A stretch of 63,084 nucleotides of DNA from Chthonomonas calidirosea. GTDB taxonomy: Bacteria > Armatimonadota > Fimbriimonadia > Fimbriimonadales > Fimbriimonadaceae. The stretch covers positions 1 to 63,084 of the forward strand of contig CAMAPH010000014.1 of assembly GCA_945859975.1 (NCBI GenBank), in the 5' to 3' direction. This document shows positions 37,130 to 48,600 of this stretch, in pieces. Position 1 is the stretch's first letter. Each line of letters starts with the position of its first letter. The position numbers and the translations under genes were made by a program. Below the pieces are notes generated by a model. That model saw only the letters and a program-made list of their open reading frames with translations. It was not told the origin of the DNA and did not search any database.

Positions 37130-39481
37130 GCTGGTCAGCATCTCGTCGATTTCCTCTGCCCTCACCGCCCGACCGTCGGTATGCGTGAGATAAAAGGCAG
37201 CCGCGCCATTGCCCGCCCATTGGCCGACCCGCGCGGAAACGACATTCCAACCTTGTTCGGCAAAGAGCCGAGAGAATCGGTACGGCATGCCGCGACCTCG
37301 CGGAGATCGAATCTCCAGGATTCCCGGGTTACCTTCGCGATACGTGTACGTAAAGAGTCGCTGGTTTCTAGCCGGGTCCTTGCCTCGGTTCGTTAGCACT
37401 TCTGCGGTCGTAATCTCGCCAGAAATGACTTGCCGCAGCGTCCGCGTCAGCTCGCCTGCGGTCGAATTTGGTATGGGCTTTCCTCCGAAACTTGCGACGA
37501 AGGTGTCCAACGCAATCGCTGGATTGGATTTCGTCGTTGCGACTCGAACGGCTAGCAAACTGAGATCGAAAGCATAAAACACTCCGAGCAGTCGGCTCAG
37601 GAGACCCGGTGCGTCCGGGCAACAGACGGTGACTTCCGACGCGCTCAGGGAAGGTTTTGGGGTGAGGTCTACCGTGGAGTTGCCAAGGGCAGCTTCCGCC
37701 GCATAGTGCCGATGCAACCGAACCACTTCTGGTGGCGTGCTCGCTAGGTAGTAAGCGGGCAGGCTTTCGAGGAATGCTTCAACCGCTGCCGGATCCGTAT
37801 CGGCCGTATTCAGCGTCCGCATGAGCCGACGTCGGGTTTGGCCAAGATCAATGGATTCGGCTGGTTCACCGCTAAGAATCGCGGAGGTGGACTCGAACAG
37901 TTGGCGAAGGAACGTGTGCATCGCCGGGGTCCACGTTGTTTTTGAAACCGCCGCGATGTCCGCATAGGTCAGCAAAGTGAGCAGTGCTAATCGATTTGTA
38001 TCGCCAACAATTTCCGCGAATTCTGCGCTGGTTTGTGGGTGCATGAGGTCGCGCATTCGAATGAACTGCGCCATCGTCAAATGCTCCTTTACAAGCCAAG
38101 CAACGGTGTCGCACAGGTTGGGCTCCAAACTCCACCGTTCGGTAACCGAACGAGCGATATGTTCGCCAGCAATGCTGTGCGGCACTTCCCGCTGGGCTTT
38201 TCCGACATCGTGCAAGAGCGCAGCCAGATACATCGCTTCCGGCGTTGTGATTCCATCCCGTACCTCGCGCAAGAACGGATCTTCGCCGAGCTCGTCCAGA
38301 TTCCGGATCACCCGCATCGTGTGTTCAAACACGGTGAAGTCGTGGACGGAGTCCGTCGGCAGCAAGAATCGACAAGTAGTCAGTTCAGGCAACAGGGAGT
38401 CAAGCAACCCACACCGGTCCAGATTTCGAATCGTTCCCTCCCCGGCCCGCATGGCATAGAGCGCGGAAGCACCCTTGGTAAGAGTGGGAGCGACGACTTG
38501 ATACTCGCCGACGCGCAACCCGAGCTGGGTCGCGATGGCAATGGCCACCGCAGCATCGCCGCTATCGGAAGGACCATCAAACCGCACTTCACCGCGATCT
38601 GAGAAGATGCCCTCCGCAAGCGGGAACCGGCTTTCGCGAACCCGGCTGAGGGACCGCTCGTACTCGCGATGCAAATCGACCGCTGCCTCAACGTGCTGGC
38701 CCATCAGGACATAAATGTTTTGGTTCGTGAGGTCCGCAATCTCAGCCTGACGGGATCGGGTCAGATGATCTTGGAGTCGACCGGCTTGAAAATGAAGCAG
38801 GTTCCGGTTCTTGACCACCAAATCGTAAGCATCACCCGGGCGGAGTGGCTGCTCGCCGATGGCATGTCGAATCCAGTTTGATGCTTGAAATGATCTCAGT
38901 CCACCTGCTCCTTCCTTGAGCTGCGGCTCAACGACCAGTGGCGTGTCGTGAGTTTTTTGCAGCCATTCGTTGCGCTCCTGAGCTTTGGCCAGCACAAACT
39001 CGCCGGGAGACATCGTGTTCCGCAGCAGGTTGTCTAGAGCGCGAACAAGGTCAGCTTCACCCGCCACCAGGCGCATATCCAGCAGGCCCGTTCTGGATGC
39101 CTGGTCCAATCCTGGAACATCGCCCATCAGCCGGTAGGAGTATCCGTATGGAATCTTGACGACTCGCCCCAAGTAGTGGTCTAAGTCGAGAAAGAACCCG
39201 CGGACCGCCTTTTCGACTTCGGGCGAAGTTTCATCGGCCGGAATAAGGGTCAGATCGACGTCGGACGCCGGAGAAACTTCGAAGCGACCATATCCGCCGG
39301 TGGCGATCACCGCGAACTGCGAGTCCCCGTGAACGTGGCACAGCAGCCGAATGATCTCGTCGAGGATTTCGGTATGTTTCCGGCACCAACTCAACCCGGT
39401 TGGCTTGGTCGACAAAGTCGCGATCAGGTCCAGACGGTCCTGGGCCAACTTCCCAATTCGATCTTCCAGCGATGCGGTCAC
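37121..39481 (-). CDS. glnD: GlnD-like [protein-PII] uridylyltransferase (NT, HD, ACT domains)
   Basis: ATGGYGR..SPASDVDL, EPQLKEGAGGLR, HDFTVFEHT, LLHDVGK, ACT motif DAPGLLSRL. GTG at 39481 overlaps the upstream stop. Confidence 0.85.
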   Translation of the reverse strand: MTASLEDRIGKLAQDRLDLIATLSTKPTGLSWCRKHTEILDEIIRLLCHVHGDSQFAVIATGGYGRFEVSPASDVDLTLIPADETSPEVEKAVRGFFLDLDHYLGRVVKIPYGYSYRLMGDVPGLDQASRTGLLDMRLVAGEADLVRALDNLLRNTMSPGEFVLAKAQERNEWLQKTHDTPLVVEPQLKEGAGGLRSFQASNWIRHAIGEQPLRPGDAYDLVVKNRNLLHFQAGRLQDHLTRSRQAEIADLTNQNIYVLMGQHVEAAVDLHREYERSLSRVRESRFPLAEGIFSDRGEVRFDGPSDSGDAAVAIAIATQLGLRVGEYQVVAPTLTKGASALYAMRAGEGTIRNLDRCGLLDSLLPELTTCRFLLPTDSVHDFTVFEHTMRVIRNLDELGEDPFLREVRDGITTPEAMYLAALLHDVGKAQREVPHSIAGEHIARSVTERWSLEPNLCDTVAWLVKEHLTMAQFIRMRDLMHPQTSAEFAEIVGDTNRLALLTLLTYADIAAVSKTTWTPAMHTFLRQLFESTSAILSGEPAESIDLGQTRRRLMRTLNTADTDPAAVEAFLESLPAYYLASTPPEVVRLHRHYAAEAALGNSTVDLTPKPSLSASEVTVCCPDAPGLLSRLLGVFYAFDLSLLAVRVATTKSNPAIALDTFVASFGGKPIPNSTAGELTRTLRQVISGEITTAEVLTNRGKDPARNQRLFTYTYREGNPGILEIRSPRGRGMPYRFSRLFAEQGWNVVSARVGQWAGNGAAAFYLTHTDGRAVRAEEIDEMLTSLR

Positions 39482-41031
39482 TGTTGTAGATAGTAGACCG
39501 GTTCGTTTGTCAGCAGCTTTGTCCAAGTGTCTTCAAGCGATCGATCCATGGCAAAACAAACTGGACCGGCAATCGCCGCCGAAACCATGCCGAACCCGAC
39601 GAGGTTCCAGCCAAAGCGTTTCAGAGACAAGCTCAGCACCCTAAGGGTGGCAATCTTTTGCACGTAGGCCCACCAAAACGGAATGAGAAAGAGACTGGAA
39701 GCCAGGATCAAGGCTGCTTGAAGCCCGACCATGCCGTCGCCATGTAAGTGGGAAACAAAATCCGCGCGTTGTAGCAGGGCGTAGCCCGCGAGGGAAGACA
39801 ACACGAGCGACCCCAGAATTGCCGTGGCGACGGAGGCCGAAATCAGGAAGACCGCGACTTGGAACAACAGTCCCAGGCTCGATTCGGCGTCGCCTTCCAA
39901 CTTGCTGCGCAGTTTGGTGGGCTGCAGAAGGGTGAGCAAGGAACACAAAAACATCGAGATCGGCGCTGCGATTCCACGCGTGAAGTAGTACGTTACGCCA
40001 GCAAGGATCAGTGCGGCGACCACCGCGCTGTAGCGCGGCAGGGTGTGCTTACGAGCAACCTCGACCAAGGCGCTGCCGATGAGGCCGAAAGCCAGCCCAA
40101 TCCCGATCAAGAACAGGCACGCCTGCGGTACTGCGGCACAGAGTACAGAGTATAGGGTGAGCCGACGTGCGGTCGCGGTCGGGTCCGGTCGCTGAACAAG
40201 GGCTGACCAGCCATCGTTATTTTGGAAAATCTCTAAGACATCATCCGCATCGGGTCCTCTCCCGGCGGCGCGGAGAGAGTTTGCGACGAGGTTACGGCCA
40301 AGGTACAGCCGCTTAGGACGGGAACCGGTGACAAGTTCTGATGGATAGGCAGCGATGTCAACAAGCTGCGAGCCAATATCCCCCGTCGCCACGCTTTTCG
40401 CGTTTGCCCTCATGAGGTTGCCGTTCCGGATCGTTGCGTACCGAATGGAAACTCCGCGCTCGGAGGTGAAGTCGACGCGTGAGACCATTCGGCGCCCGAA
40501 GCGTGAAATCTGCCTTGATGGGCTTTGGGACCGGGCAAAGTAGGCATAGGCGGAGTGCCACGAAAGTCTCGCGTTACTCGAAGAAGCAAGCCCCTGTTTG
40601 ATATCAAGCAGGCGAGCAGATTGGTGGTCGTTCCACTCGGTCAGGTTTGCCGATCGCAACCAAAGCGAAACTGGTTCCTGATCCGAAGACTGGCTGCCAA
40701 GAATTGCCGCTTCGGCTTGGGGCCAAAAGGAATTCAGAGGTTCTGTACGTTTAGCTGCCGCGAGGATGGCGCTCAATGTGCGCATTTCCTTTGCGGAAAG
40801 TCCAACGCCGGAGTCGATCTTTTCCGTGGCGACTTGGGTCCAGGTTGCGGCGGCAGTTAAAGACGCCGGGGCAACGAGTTTTGCCTGCTTGGCCGGGGCC
40901 AGATACTCAAACGGATCGGCTTGCACTCTGGCCGGGTCGGCCAGATAAAACGGACGGGTTGACGGATGAATCACGAGAGTGACGAGGGCACCCACGACGG
41001 CACCCCAAAACGCTCTCGCGCCGGTGGTCAT
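39478..41031 (-). CDS. Hypothetical multi-pass membrane protein
   Basis: 517-aa ORF with N-terminal anchor, soluble domain and about 6 C-terminal TM helices; coupled to both neighbours by overlaps. Confidence 0.8.
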   Translation of the reverse strand: MTTGARAFWGAVVGALVTLVIHPSTRPFYLADPARVQADPFEYLAPAKQAKLVAPASLTAAATWTQVATEKIDSGVGLSAKEMRTLSAILAAAKRTEPLNSFWPQAEAAILGSQSSDQEPVSLWLRSANLTEWNDHQSARLLDIKQGLASSSNARLSWHSAYAYFARSQSPSRQISRFGRRMVSRVDFTSERGVSIRYATIRNGNLMRANAKSVATGDIGSQLVDIAAYPSELVTGSRPKRLYLGRNLVANSLRAAGRGPDADDVLEIFQNNDGWSALVQRPDPTATARRLTLYSVLCAAVPQACLFLIGIGLAFGLIGSALVEVARKHTLPRYSAVVAALILAGVTYYFTRGIAAPISMFLCSLLTLLQPTKLRSKLEGDAESSLGLLFQVAVFLISASVATAILGSLVLSSLAGYALLQRADFVSHLHGDGMVGLQAALILASSLFLIPFWWAYVQKIATLRVLSLSLKRFGWNLVGFGMVSAAIAGPVCFAMDRSLEDTWTKLLTNEPVYYLQQ

Positions 41032-41471
41032 TTCAGGTTAAGCGATTCCGATTCGAGTTCGAGAACGGGAAATTCGGACTTCGGAATCGTTCGCTGAACG
41101 CTCGATCCCTGGCCCGTATTGACCGGATCTTGCCGCTCTTCTTTCAGAACTCCAACTAAGCTGAACACGATGACGGCCGCGGCCGCTGCACTTATCAGCG
41201 CTGGCCTCCAGTACCGGAAACTGTCTTTTGCTACCTGAACCTTGGCGTTCCTTTCCAAGCGGTGATCGAACGCGTATGGCGTTTCAACCGGAAGGGAGGC
41301 GTCCTTCAGCATGTTCAGGGCCATCGCCATCGTATTTTCGGTCGCCGCGCAGAGCTGGCAGGTTGATCGATGATCTAGGAGAAAGTTCGACTCCGCCTCG
41401 CCGAGGTTACGGTCTCGTGATTCGGAAGTCAGGCGTCGGAACCGATCGCAAGGAGCTTCCCAGCGCTTCAA
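41028..41471 (-). CDS. Zinc-binding anti-sigma factor (ZAS-like)
   Basis: HRSTCQLC (HxxxCxxC) plus one TM helix; follows the ECF sigma gene. Confidence 0.8.
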   Translation of the reverse strand: MKRWEAPCDRFRRLTSESRDRNLGEAESNFLLDHRSTCQLCAATENTMAMALNMLKDASLPVETPYAFDHRLERNAKVQVAKDSFRYWRPALISAAAAAVIVFSLVGVLKEERQDPVNTGQGSSVQRTIPKSEFPVLELESESLNLK

Positions 41472-42022
41472 TCTTTCATCGCCTCCATCCAGAGGGCGCG
41501 AAATCGCTCGCGGGCGGTGTGCAATCTCGAGCGCACTGTGCCAACGGGAACATGCATGACTTCTGCGACTTCTTCGTAGCTCAGTTGTTCCATCTCTCGA
41601 AGAATCAGGGTTGCACGAAGCTCGTGGGGGAGTTGTCCCAAGAGCTTCTCAACCAACACTTTATTTTCTACATCGCGTCCGCGATCTGGCTGGCTTGGAT
41701 CGAACTCAACAAGCTCGGGCCGCTTGAGTCGCAATCGATCCATGCAGAGTCGAACGCAGATTCGATAAAGAAAACCGCTGAAAGCTCGGTCGTCCCGTAA
41801 CTTTGCGATCTCTCGGAACGCCTTCAGGAATGCTTCCTGAGCGACGTCTTCGGCTTCAAATCGGTCTCGCAGAAGGTTCGTCGCGGTGCGCAACAGTCGG
41901 TTTCGGTGCCGCTCGATCAGGTTGCCAATGGCGACATGGTCTCCGGTTCTAACTCGGCTAACCCACTGACGCTCCTGCGCCGCTGGGTCTACCGTCATTA
42001 TCGAGGCCACATTCCATTCCAT
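41468..42022 (-). CDS. ECF RNA polymerase sigma factor
   Basis: AEDVAQEAFLKA, LSYEEVAEVMHVPVGTVRSRLHTAR. Confidence 0.96.
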   Translation of the reverse strand: MEWNVASIMTVDPAAQERQWVSRVRTGDHVAIGNLIERHRNRLLRTATNLLRDRFEAEDVAQEAFLKAFREIAKLRDDRAFSGFLYRICVRLCMDRLRLKRPELVEFDPSQPDRGRDVENKVLVEKLLGQLPHELRATLILREMEQLSYEEVAEVMHVPVGTVRSRLHTARERFRALWMEAMKD

Positions 42023-42114
42023 AAGATCACCTTTACTTTACATGAGCAAGGACGCGAAACCCAAGAACTAAAGTTCACCGTACCGTTCGGTGTTCTGAGA
42101 CGACGGTAGACTCG

Positions 42115-43707
42115 ATGCCCATGCCCGGACCCTGGCTTGCCTTTGGCGCCCTCTTGCCGGGCCTGTTTTCCGGCAGTTATCCGCAACTTCCCGCCGTTCA
42201 AACTCTGGACGAAGAGGTCGTTGTCATTGCAAAATCTCAGCGTCGCGACCTGGCAAAAGGCACGATTGAGTTCAGCGACGGAGTAACCGTGCTCTACGGG
42301 CCCACGAAAATCACGGCGGATCGCGTGATTTACACCGACCGGCCCGGCGAGCGAAGCGCCATTGCGGAAGGGAAGGTAGCCCTAGACGATCCCGAAGGCA
42401 GTCTTTCTGCCGAGAAGGTGGTCATCCTCTGGCTCCCAACTGGACGGACCGCCACCGCCGAGAACATCGAAGCCGACCTCGCAGGCGCAAACATCCGCGC
42501 AAAGACGCTGGACATTAAGCCGGAGCTCTGGACCCTGACCGACGTTTACGGAACGACCTGCACAAATAAGCCACCGCTTTTCGAGATCTTTTCGAAGAAA
42601 GTCACCTTCGTTCCCGGTCAGCGCGGATCCATCCATCGGCCCGTGATCTCGATTCTTGGCCGTCGACTCGGTGCCGTGCCATCGTACGGCTTTAACCTGG
42701 ATCGTCGGGCGCAAGGAATCGGAATCCCGTCCGTCGCCTTCAGCGGCGATCAAGGCTTTGGCGTGAGCTGGGCTGGGAGCGTGCTCATTGATCGGCAGTC
42801 GGGCCTCGGTGCATCGTTCGGTTCCTTCGATCGAGCCTTCCCAACCTACAACGTGACCTACACCCGTGGCTTCGTTCCGGCAAACGAGACCAACGCGCTC
42901 TTGGTCCCGCGAAATGAGCTTGGCGAGCGGTTCAATTTTGGCTGGTTCGACACCGTTGAGGTGCCTAATCCGCAAGCCGATACCCGCTTCCTAACGGAGC
43001 GCCGGTCTTCGATGTCGGTTTCCTCATCCATCAACCAAGGGGCAGCGAACTTTGTTTCCGATCGACGCTTCAACAAGCCGCTGGAGTTGGTCTACGAAGC
43101 CTCGGGTCCAGCGGCTCTTGGTCCGGCGAAGGTTGGAGGAGCCTATGCTCAGGCCCGTCTGCAGTCGATTGGAACTCAGGACGTACGGTCAACGGTTCGA
43201 GGAATTGTGACCACAAGTTTTGCGCCACCTAACTTGTCGCTCACCAAACAATTGCAAACCGTGGTGCGATTTGATCAGGCCGCATTTCTCGGGAAGCAAA
43301 CGTACGGCTGGTTGCGATCTCAGGTCGGGTTGGCTTATCAACCTAACCCACAGCTCTACTTCGGTGCGGCACTGGTAGGTGCACGAGATTTTGGAAAACC
43401 GGCGTTCCTCGAAGATTCTCTCATGGCCGGAGACGGGATTCACCTCCGTGCGGGCCTAAACCTCGGCGGAACCCGAATCGAGTACCTCTACAAGCGTGAC
43501 CGTAGACTAGGCTGGTACGACCGCGAGTGGAGCATCAATCAGGCGGTCGGCTGTTTGGAGTTCTACATGATGCGCCGGCAGGTGCCCATTGAGTACCGAG
43601 TCGGAATCAAGGTTCGGGTCGACCAGTTCGTTGATTTGCTCCAAAGGCGGAAGCTGCAGCGAACAAAACCGGTCACGAAAACTGTGATCAGCGGAGAAGA
43701 AAAATGA
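42115..43707 (+). CDS. Putative LptD/OstA-like outer-membrane protein
   Basis: N-terminal beta-jellyroll-like region (ITADRVIY, AEGKVAL, LSAEKV), TTC motif, aromatic beta-strand-rich C-terminus. Start may be 42121. Confidence 0.6.
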   Translation: MPMPGPWLAFGALLPGLFSGSYPQLPAVQTLDEEVVVIAKSQRRDLAKGTIEFSDGVTVLYGPTKITADRVIYTDRPGERSAIAEGKVALDDPEGSLSAEKVVILWLPTGRTATAENIEADLAGANIRAKTLDIKPELWTLTDVYGTTCTNKPPLFEIFSKKVTFVPGQRGSIHRPVISILGRRLGAVPSYGFNLDRRAQGIGIPSVAFSGDQGFGVSWAGSVLIDRQSGLGASFGSFDRAFPTYNVTYTRGFVPANETNALLVPRNELGERFNFGWFDTVEVPNPQADTRFLTERRSSMSVSSSINQGAANFVSDRRFNKPLELVYEASGPAALGPAKVGGAYAQARLQSIGTQDVRSTVRGIVTTSFAPPNLSLTKQLQTVVRFDQAAFLGKQTYGWLRSQVGLAYQPNPQLYFGAALVGARDFGKPAFLEDSLMAGDGIHLRAGLNLGGTRIEYLYKRDRRLGWYDREWSINQAVGCLEFYMMRRQVPIEYRVGIKVRVDQFVDLLQRRKLQRTKPVTKTVISGEEK

Positions 43708-45599
43708 AGTACGTGGTGCCCGAAATCGATTGTCAGAACATCGCGCGCAGCTCAAAGTTGGAGTGGCTACTGACAAATGGTCGTGGTGGCTACGCGATGG
43801 GCACCGTCGCCGGCTTGAACTCCCGCCGATATCACGGACATCTGATCGCAGCGGTGCAGCCTCCGACAGATCGCGTTCTGGTGCTAGGTGGGATTGAGGC
43901 GGAGATCAAAGTCGGAATCCACACAGAGCAAATCTCCAGCAATCAATACTCTGGAACGATCCATCCGAGTGGATATAAAAATCTCGTCCAGTTCGAAGCC
44001 GATGAAAGCGCTCGCTGGACCTTTAGCGCTCTCGGAGCAACCATTCAAAAGGAACTCATGCTCGTGCAAGGCGAGGAAACTGCTTGGGTCCGGTACAGAA
44101 ATCTCTCCACCGTGAGCTTTGATCTCATCCTCAAGCCGCTCGTAGCCTGGCGGGACCACCATAGCAATTTCAACTCGACCTCCGCCTTCCCGAAAGATGT
44201 AGAGTTTTCGGCTGGTCGCACTACGATTGCGGCGGAACGACCTGTTTTCTTAGTTCACGAAGCCGCAACCTGCACGCCCGTCCAAGGTTGGTACTACCGT
44301 TTTGAGCACACGATTGAAGCAGAACGGGGACTGGATCCGCGGGATGACCTCTACTGCCCATGTGAACTGCGATATCGCCTCGCGCCGGGCGAAGAAGCAC
44401 TTCTTGCTTGCTCGCTCTCCGAGAACCCAACGCCACCGACGTGGCCCCAGGACCACCCGGCCGTAACTACCGAACTCTCACCCGCCCTAAAGTCGGCCGC
44501 CCAAAAGTTCTTGGTCGACACTGGTCGCCGGAAAACGATTCTCGCGGGATACCCATGGTTCACCGATTGGGGCCGAGATACGATGATCTCGCTTCCGGGA
44601 ATTTGCCTCCTGACCGGTCGCCACGATTGGGCGCAGTCGATCCTGCATTCCTATGCCGATCTTCTCAAGAACGGACTCATCCCGAACCGCGTGGTCAAAG
44701 AAGGCGAAACGCCGGACTACAACACCGTCGATGCGACCCTTTGGTTTGCCAACGCGATCTACAAAACGCTGGCCGCAAAATGGGACCAACAGTTTGCCGA
44801 AGCGATGCTCCCTAAGCTGCACCAGATCTTCTGGCACCACCAGAAGGGCACCGAATTTGGGATCTGCGTCGATCCTGAAGACGGCCTCTTGAGCCAAGGC
44901 GAGGAAGGTGCAAACCTGACTTGGATGGACGCCAAGATCGGCGACTGGGTTGTCACCCCGCGCTATGGAAAACCGATTGAAGTGAACGCGCTCTGGATAA
45001 ATCTGCTCCGGGTGACCGAGTGGATCGCGGGCCGGGTCGATGAAGTTGACGCTCTCCCATATCGCGCTGCGGCAGAGAAAGCAGAGGCTTCCTTCGAAGC
45101 GAAGTTTTGGCACGAGGGGCGGGGCCATTACCTCGACACCGCCGATCCCAACGACGCTTCGCTCCGGCCAAACCAGGTCATCGCGATGGCACTGCCGTTC
45201 ACCCCATGCGACACCGTGCATGCTGCTCGGGCACTCGCGGTGGTGCAGCGCGAACTTTTGACTCCAATCGGATTACGTACCCTCGGCCGAAACGAGCCGG
45301 GATACCGACCCCGATATGAAGGCGATATGGGATCGCGAGACTCCGCGTACCATCAGGGAACGGTTTGGCCCTGGCTCTTGGGCAGCTTTGCGACCGCCCT
45401 TGTTCGACACGGCGCCGACGTTCGCGAAGCGCGGAAGTCGCTCCGAAGCGCGATCAGCATGCTCTGGGAATACGGTCTCGGTGGCGTGGCCGAGGTCTAT
45501 GACGGCGACCCGCCGCATCGACCCGGCGGCTGCCCGTGGCAGGCGTGGAGCGTTGCGGAGATTTTGCGGGCTTGGGAAGAGGATTGCGGCGGCGATTAG
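43704..45599 (+). CDS. Amylo-alpha-1,6-glucosidase (glycogen debranching enzyme, archaeal-type)
   Basis: EWLLTNGRGGYA, AGYPWFTDWGRDTMISLPG, LTWMDAK, YHQGTVWPWL, QAWSVAE. Confidence 0.94.
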   Translation: MKYVVPEIDCQNIARSSKLEWLLTNGRGGYAMGTVAGLNSRRYHGHLIAAVQPPTDRVLVLGGIEAEIKVGIHTEQISSNQYSGTIHPSGYKNLVQFEADESARWTFSALGATIQKELMLVQGEETAWVRYRNLSTVSFDLILKPLVAWRDHHSNFNSTSAFPKDVEFSAGRTTIAAERPVFLVHEAATCTPVQGWYYRFEHTIEAERGLDPRDDLYCPCELRYRLAPGEEALLACSLSENPTPPTWPQDHPAVTTELSPALKSAAQKFLVDTGRRKTILAGYPWFTDWGRDTMISLPGICLLTGRHDWAQSILHSYADLLKNGLIPNRVVKEGETPDYNTVDATLWFANAIYKTLAAKWDQQFAEAMLPKLHQIFWHHQKGTEFGICVDPEDGLLSQGEEGANLTWMDAKIGDWVVTPRYGKPIEVNALWINLLRVTEWIAGRVDEVDALPYRAAAEKAEASFEAKFWHEGRGHYLDTADPNDASLRPNQVIAMALPFTPCDTVHAARALAVVQRELLTPIGLRTLGRNEPGYRPRYEGDMGSRDSAYHQGTVWPWLLGSFATALVRHGADVREARKSLRSAISMLWEYGLGGVAEVYDGDPPHRPGGCPWQAWSVAEILRAWEEDCGGD

Positions 45600-45651
45600 G
45601 GTCCGTTTCCCGTCAGAATATAGCGCGGCTCCGCCGTGATTCCCTTTTCTG

Positions 45652-48600
45652 ATGTGCGACCGATTTGTTCACATCCATAACCACACCGAGTACTCCCTGT
45701 TAGACGGTGCAAATCGCATTTCTGCGATGGTGGCTCGTGCCAAAGAGCTGGAAATGGAGGCCTTGGCAATATCCGACCACGGCGTCATGTTTGGCGTGGT
45801 CGAGTTCTACAACGAGTGTACTAAAGCAGGAGTAAAGCCCCTACTCGGCGTCGAGGCCTATGTCTCGCCGAACGGGATTCAAAGTAAGAAAGGTGATGGC
45901 GAGAAGAGTGCCTACCACCTTCTGTTGCTTGCAAAGAATATTGAAGGGTATCGAAATCTTTGTCGCCTTAGTTCGATTGCGGCTCTCGAAGGTTACTATT
46001 ACAAGCCGCGCGTAGATCACGAAATTCTCCGCAAGTATTCGGCTGGCGTCATTGCGACAAGTGCCTGCCTAGGTAGCGAAGTTTGCCAAGAGCTGCTGAA
46101 GGGCGACTACAACCGAGCACAGTACATGGCTGGAATGTACTCCGAGATGTTCGGAGAAGGGAACTTCTTTATCGAGCTCCAAGATCACGGCTTACCTGAG
46201 CAGCGTCGGATCAATCCAGATCTCGTCAAGATCGCTCGCGAACTGAACCTGCCATTGGTCGCGACGAACGATGCTCACTACCGCTGTAAAGGCGACAGCG
46301 AGCCGCACGACGTCCTCCTTTGTATTCAAACCGGATCGAACGTAGCCGATACGAACCGGATGAAGTTCCAGACCGAAGAGTTCTATCTGAAGGATCAGAA
46401 GGAAATGTCCGCCCTCTTCCGGGATTACCCCGAGGCACTGGAAAACACTGCTCGCATTGCGGAAATGTGCAACGTTCAAATCGTCAAAGAAGACGCTGCG
46501 ATGCCGCAAGCAGCGACTCCGGAAGGCGTGACGAGCCTGGAGCACCTGCGTGAGCTTGCATACAAAGGACTTAAGGATCGAGCAAAGAATCCAGAACTCT
46601 CTCTTGACCGATTAGAGTACGAACTTGACGTCATCACGAAGACCGGCTTTGGCGACTACTTCCTCCTCGTTCGCGAGTTTGCGAACGTCGCACGCGACAA
46701 AGGCATCTATTACGGCGTTCGTGGTTCGGCTGCGGGTTCGTTAGTTTCCTACTGCATTGGCATCACCGATGTAGACCCCGTCGAGTACGGCCTAACGTTT
46801 GAGCGATTCTTGAATCCAGAACGTATATCGATGCCCGATATTGATATGGACTTCGAAGACGCTCGTCGCGACGAAGTCATTCAGTACGTTAACGACCGCT
46901 TCGGCAAAGATCATGTTGCCCAGATCATTACCTTTGGTACCCTCGGCGCCAAAGCTGCCATCAAAGACTGCGGCCGAGTAATGGGCTACTTGCCGCAGGA
47001 AACGGATCGCATCACGAAGCTGATCCCCGGAATCCCAAACACGACCCTCGACAAAGCCTACAAAGAAGTCACCGAGTTTCGCGAGCTCGTAGACGGCGAC
47101 CCGCGCATCCGCCAGCTTTTCGACACCGCCAAATCGGTAGAAGGCATGGCCCGGAACAGCGGCGTCCACGCGGCCGGAGTTGTCATTTCGCGCGAACCGC
47201 TGATGGAGTACTTGCCGCTCTATCGGGGCAACGATGGACAGCCGGTCACGGCCTTCGCCATGGGAATCCTAGAGAAGATCGGCATGCTCAAGATGGACTT
47301 CTTGGGACTGTCGAACCTTACGGTTCTGGCCCGTTGCGTTGAGAACATCAAGCGTCGAACTGGCGAAACACTGAACATCCAGAGCATCGAAGACGGCGAC
47401 ACCAAGACTTACGAAATGCTCGCTCGCGGCGAGACGACCGGCGTGTTCCAGCTTGAAGGTGGCGGCATGACTCGCTGGGTGATGCAGCTGAAACCGGCGA
47501 GCATCCGAGAACTCGCCGCAATGGTCGCGCTCTACCGGCCAGGGCCGATGGAGCACATTCCGCGCTTCATCGATGTAAAGTTCGGTCGGCAAAAAGCCGA
47601 ATACCTCGACGAGCGGATGCGCCCAATTCTCGAAGAGACGTACGGCGTTATCGTCTACCAAGACCAAGTCATGCAATTGGTTCAGGCCCTCGCCGGCTTT
47701 AGTCTCGGCAAAGCCGACGTCCTGCGGCGAGCGATGGGTAAGAAGGACGCGAAAGCCCTGGCGTCTATGAAAACCGAGTTCAAGCAGGGAACCGCCAGCA
47801 ACGACATCTCGGATGAATCCGCCGAAACCGTATGGGCGTTGCTAGAACCGTTTGCGGGCTATGCATTCAACAAAGCTCACGCCGTTTGCTACGCAATTCT
47901 TGCCTACCAGACGGCCTATCTAAAGGCGAACTATCCGGTCGAGTACATGGCTGCGCTCCTCAGCGTCTATCTCGATAAAGAGGACAAGGTCACCGCCTTT
48001 ATCGAAGAGTGCCGGCGCATGAAAATCGCCGTCTTGCCGCCCGATGTCAACGAGTCCATCGGTGACTTTAGCGTTGAGGCCTACAAGCACGAGAAGAGCA
48101 AGCGCACCGTGGACGCGATCCGATTTGGGCTTGTGGCGATCAAGGGCGTCGGAGAAGGCGTGGTTGAGGGAATCGTGGCCGAGCGACTCGAAAGCGGCCC
48201 GTATGAGCACCTTTACGAGTTCGCGGACCGAACAAAGTCACTCGGCATGAACCGCATCGCGCTTGAAGCCCTTGTCAAAGCAGGCGCGCTGGACAGTATC
48301 GATAAGAATCGACGCAAGCTCCTTGAGCACGTTGATGGCGCGCTTCAATATGCTGATCTTCAGCAGCGCCGAAGGCTTGGTGGGCAGACCTCCTTGTTCG
48401 GAGGCGGAGTCGAAGAGCCCGAATCGATGCCAACCCTTCCGACGGACATTGTGGCCTACACCCGAACCGAACTTCTGGCGTTGGAAAAGGAAGTCATGGG
48501 GATCTATGTCTCCGATCACCCTCTTCGCGGAATGGAACGGTCGCTGCAAGAGAATTCCAGCGCGACCTGCAGCGCGGCGCTCGACCTGCCGGACGGAACA

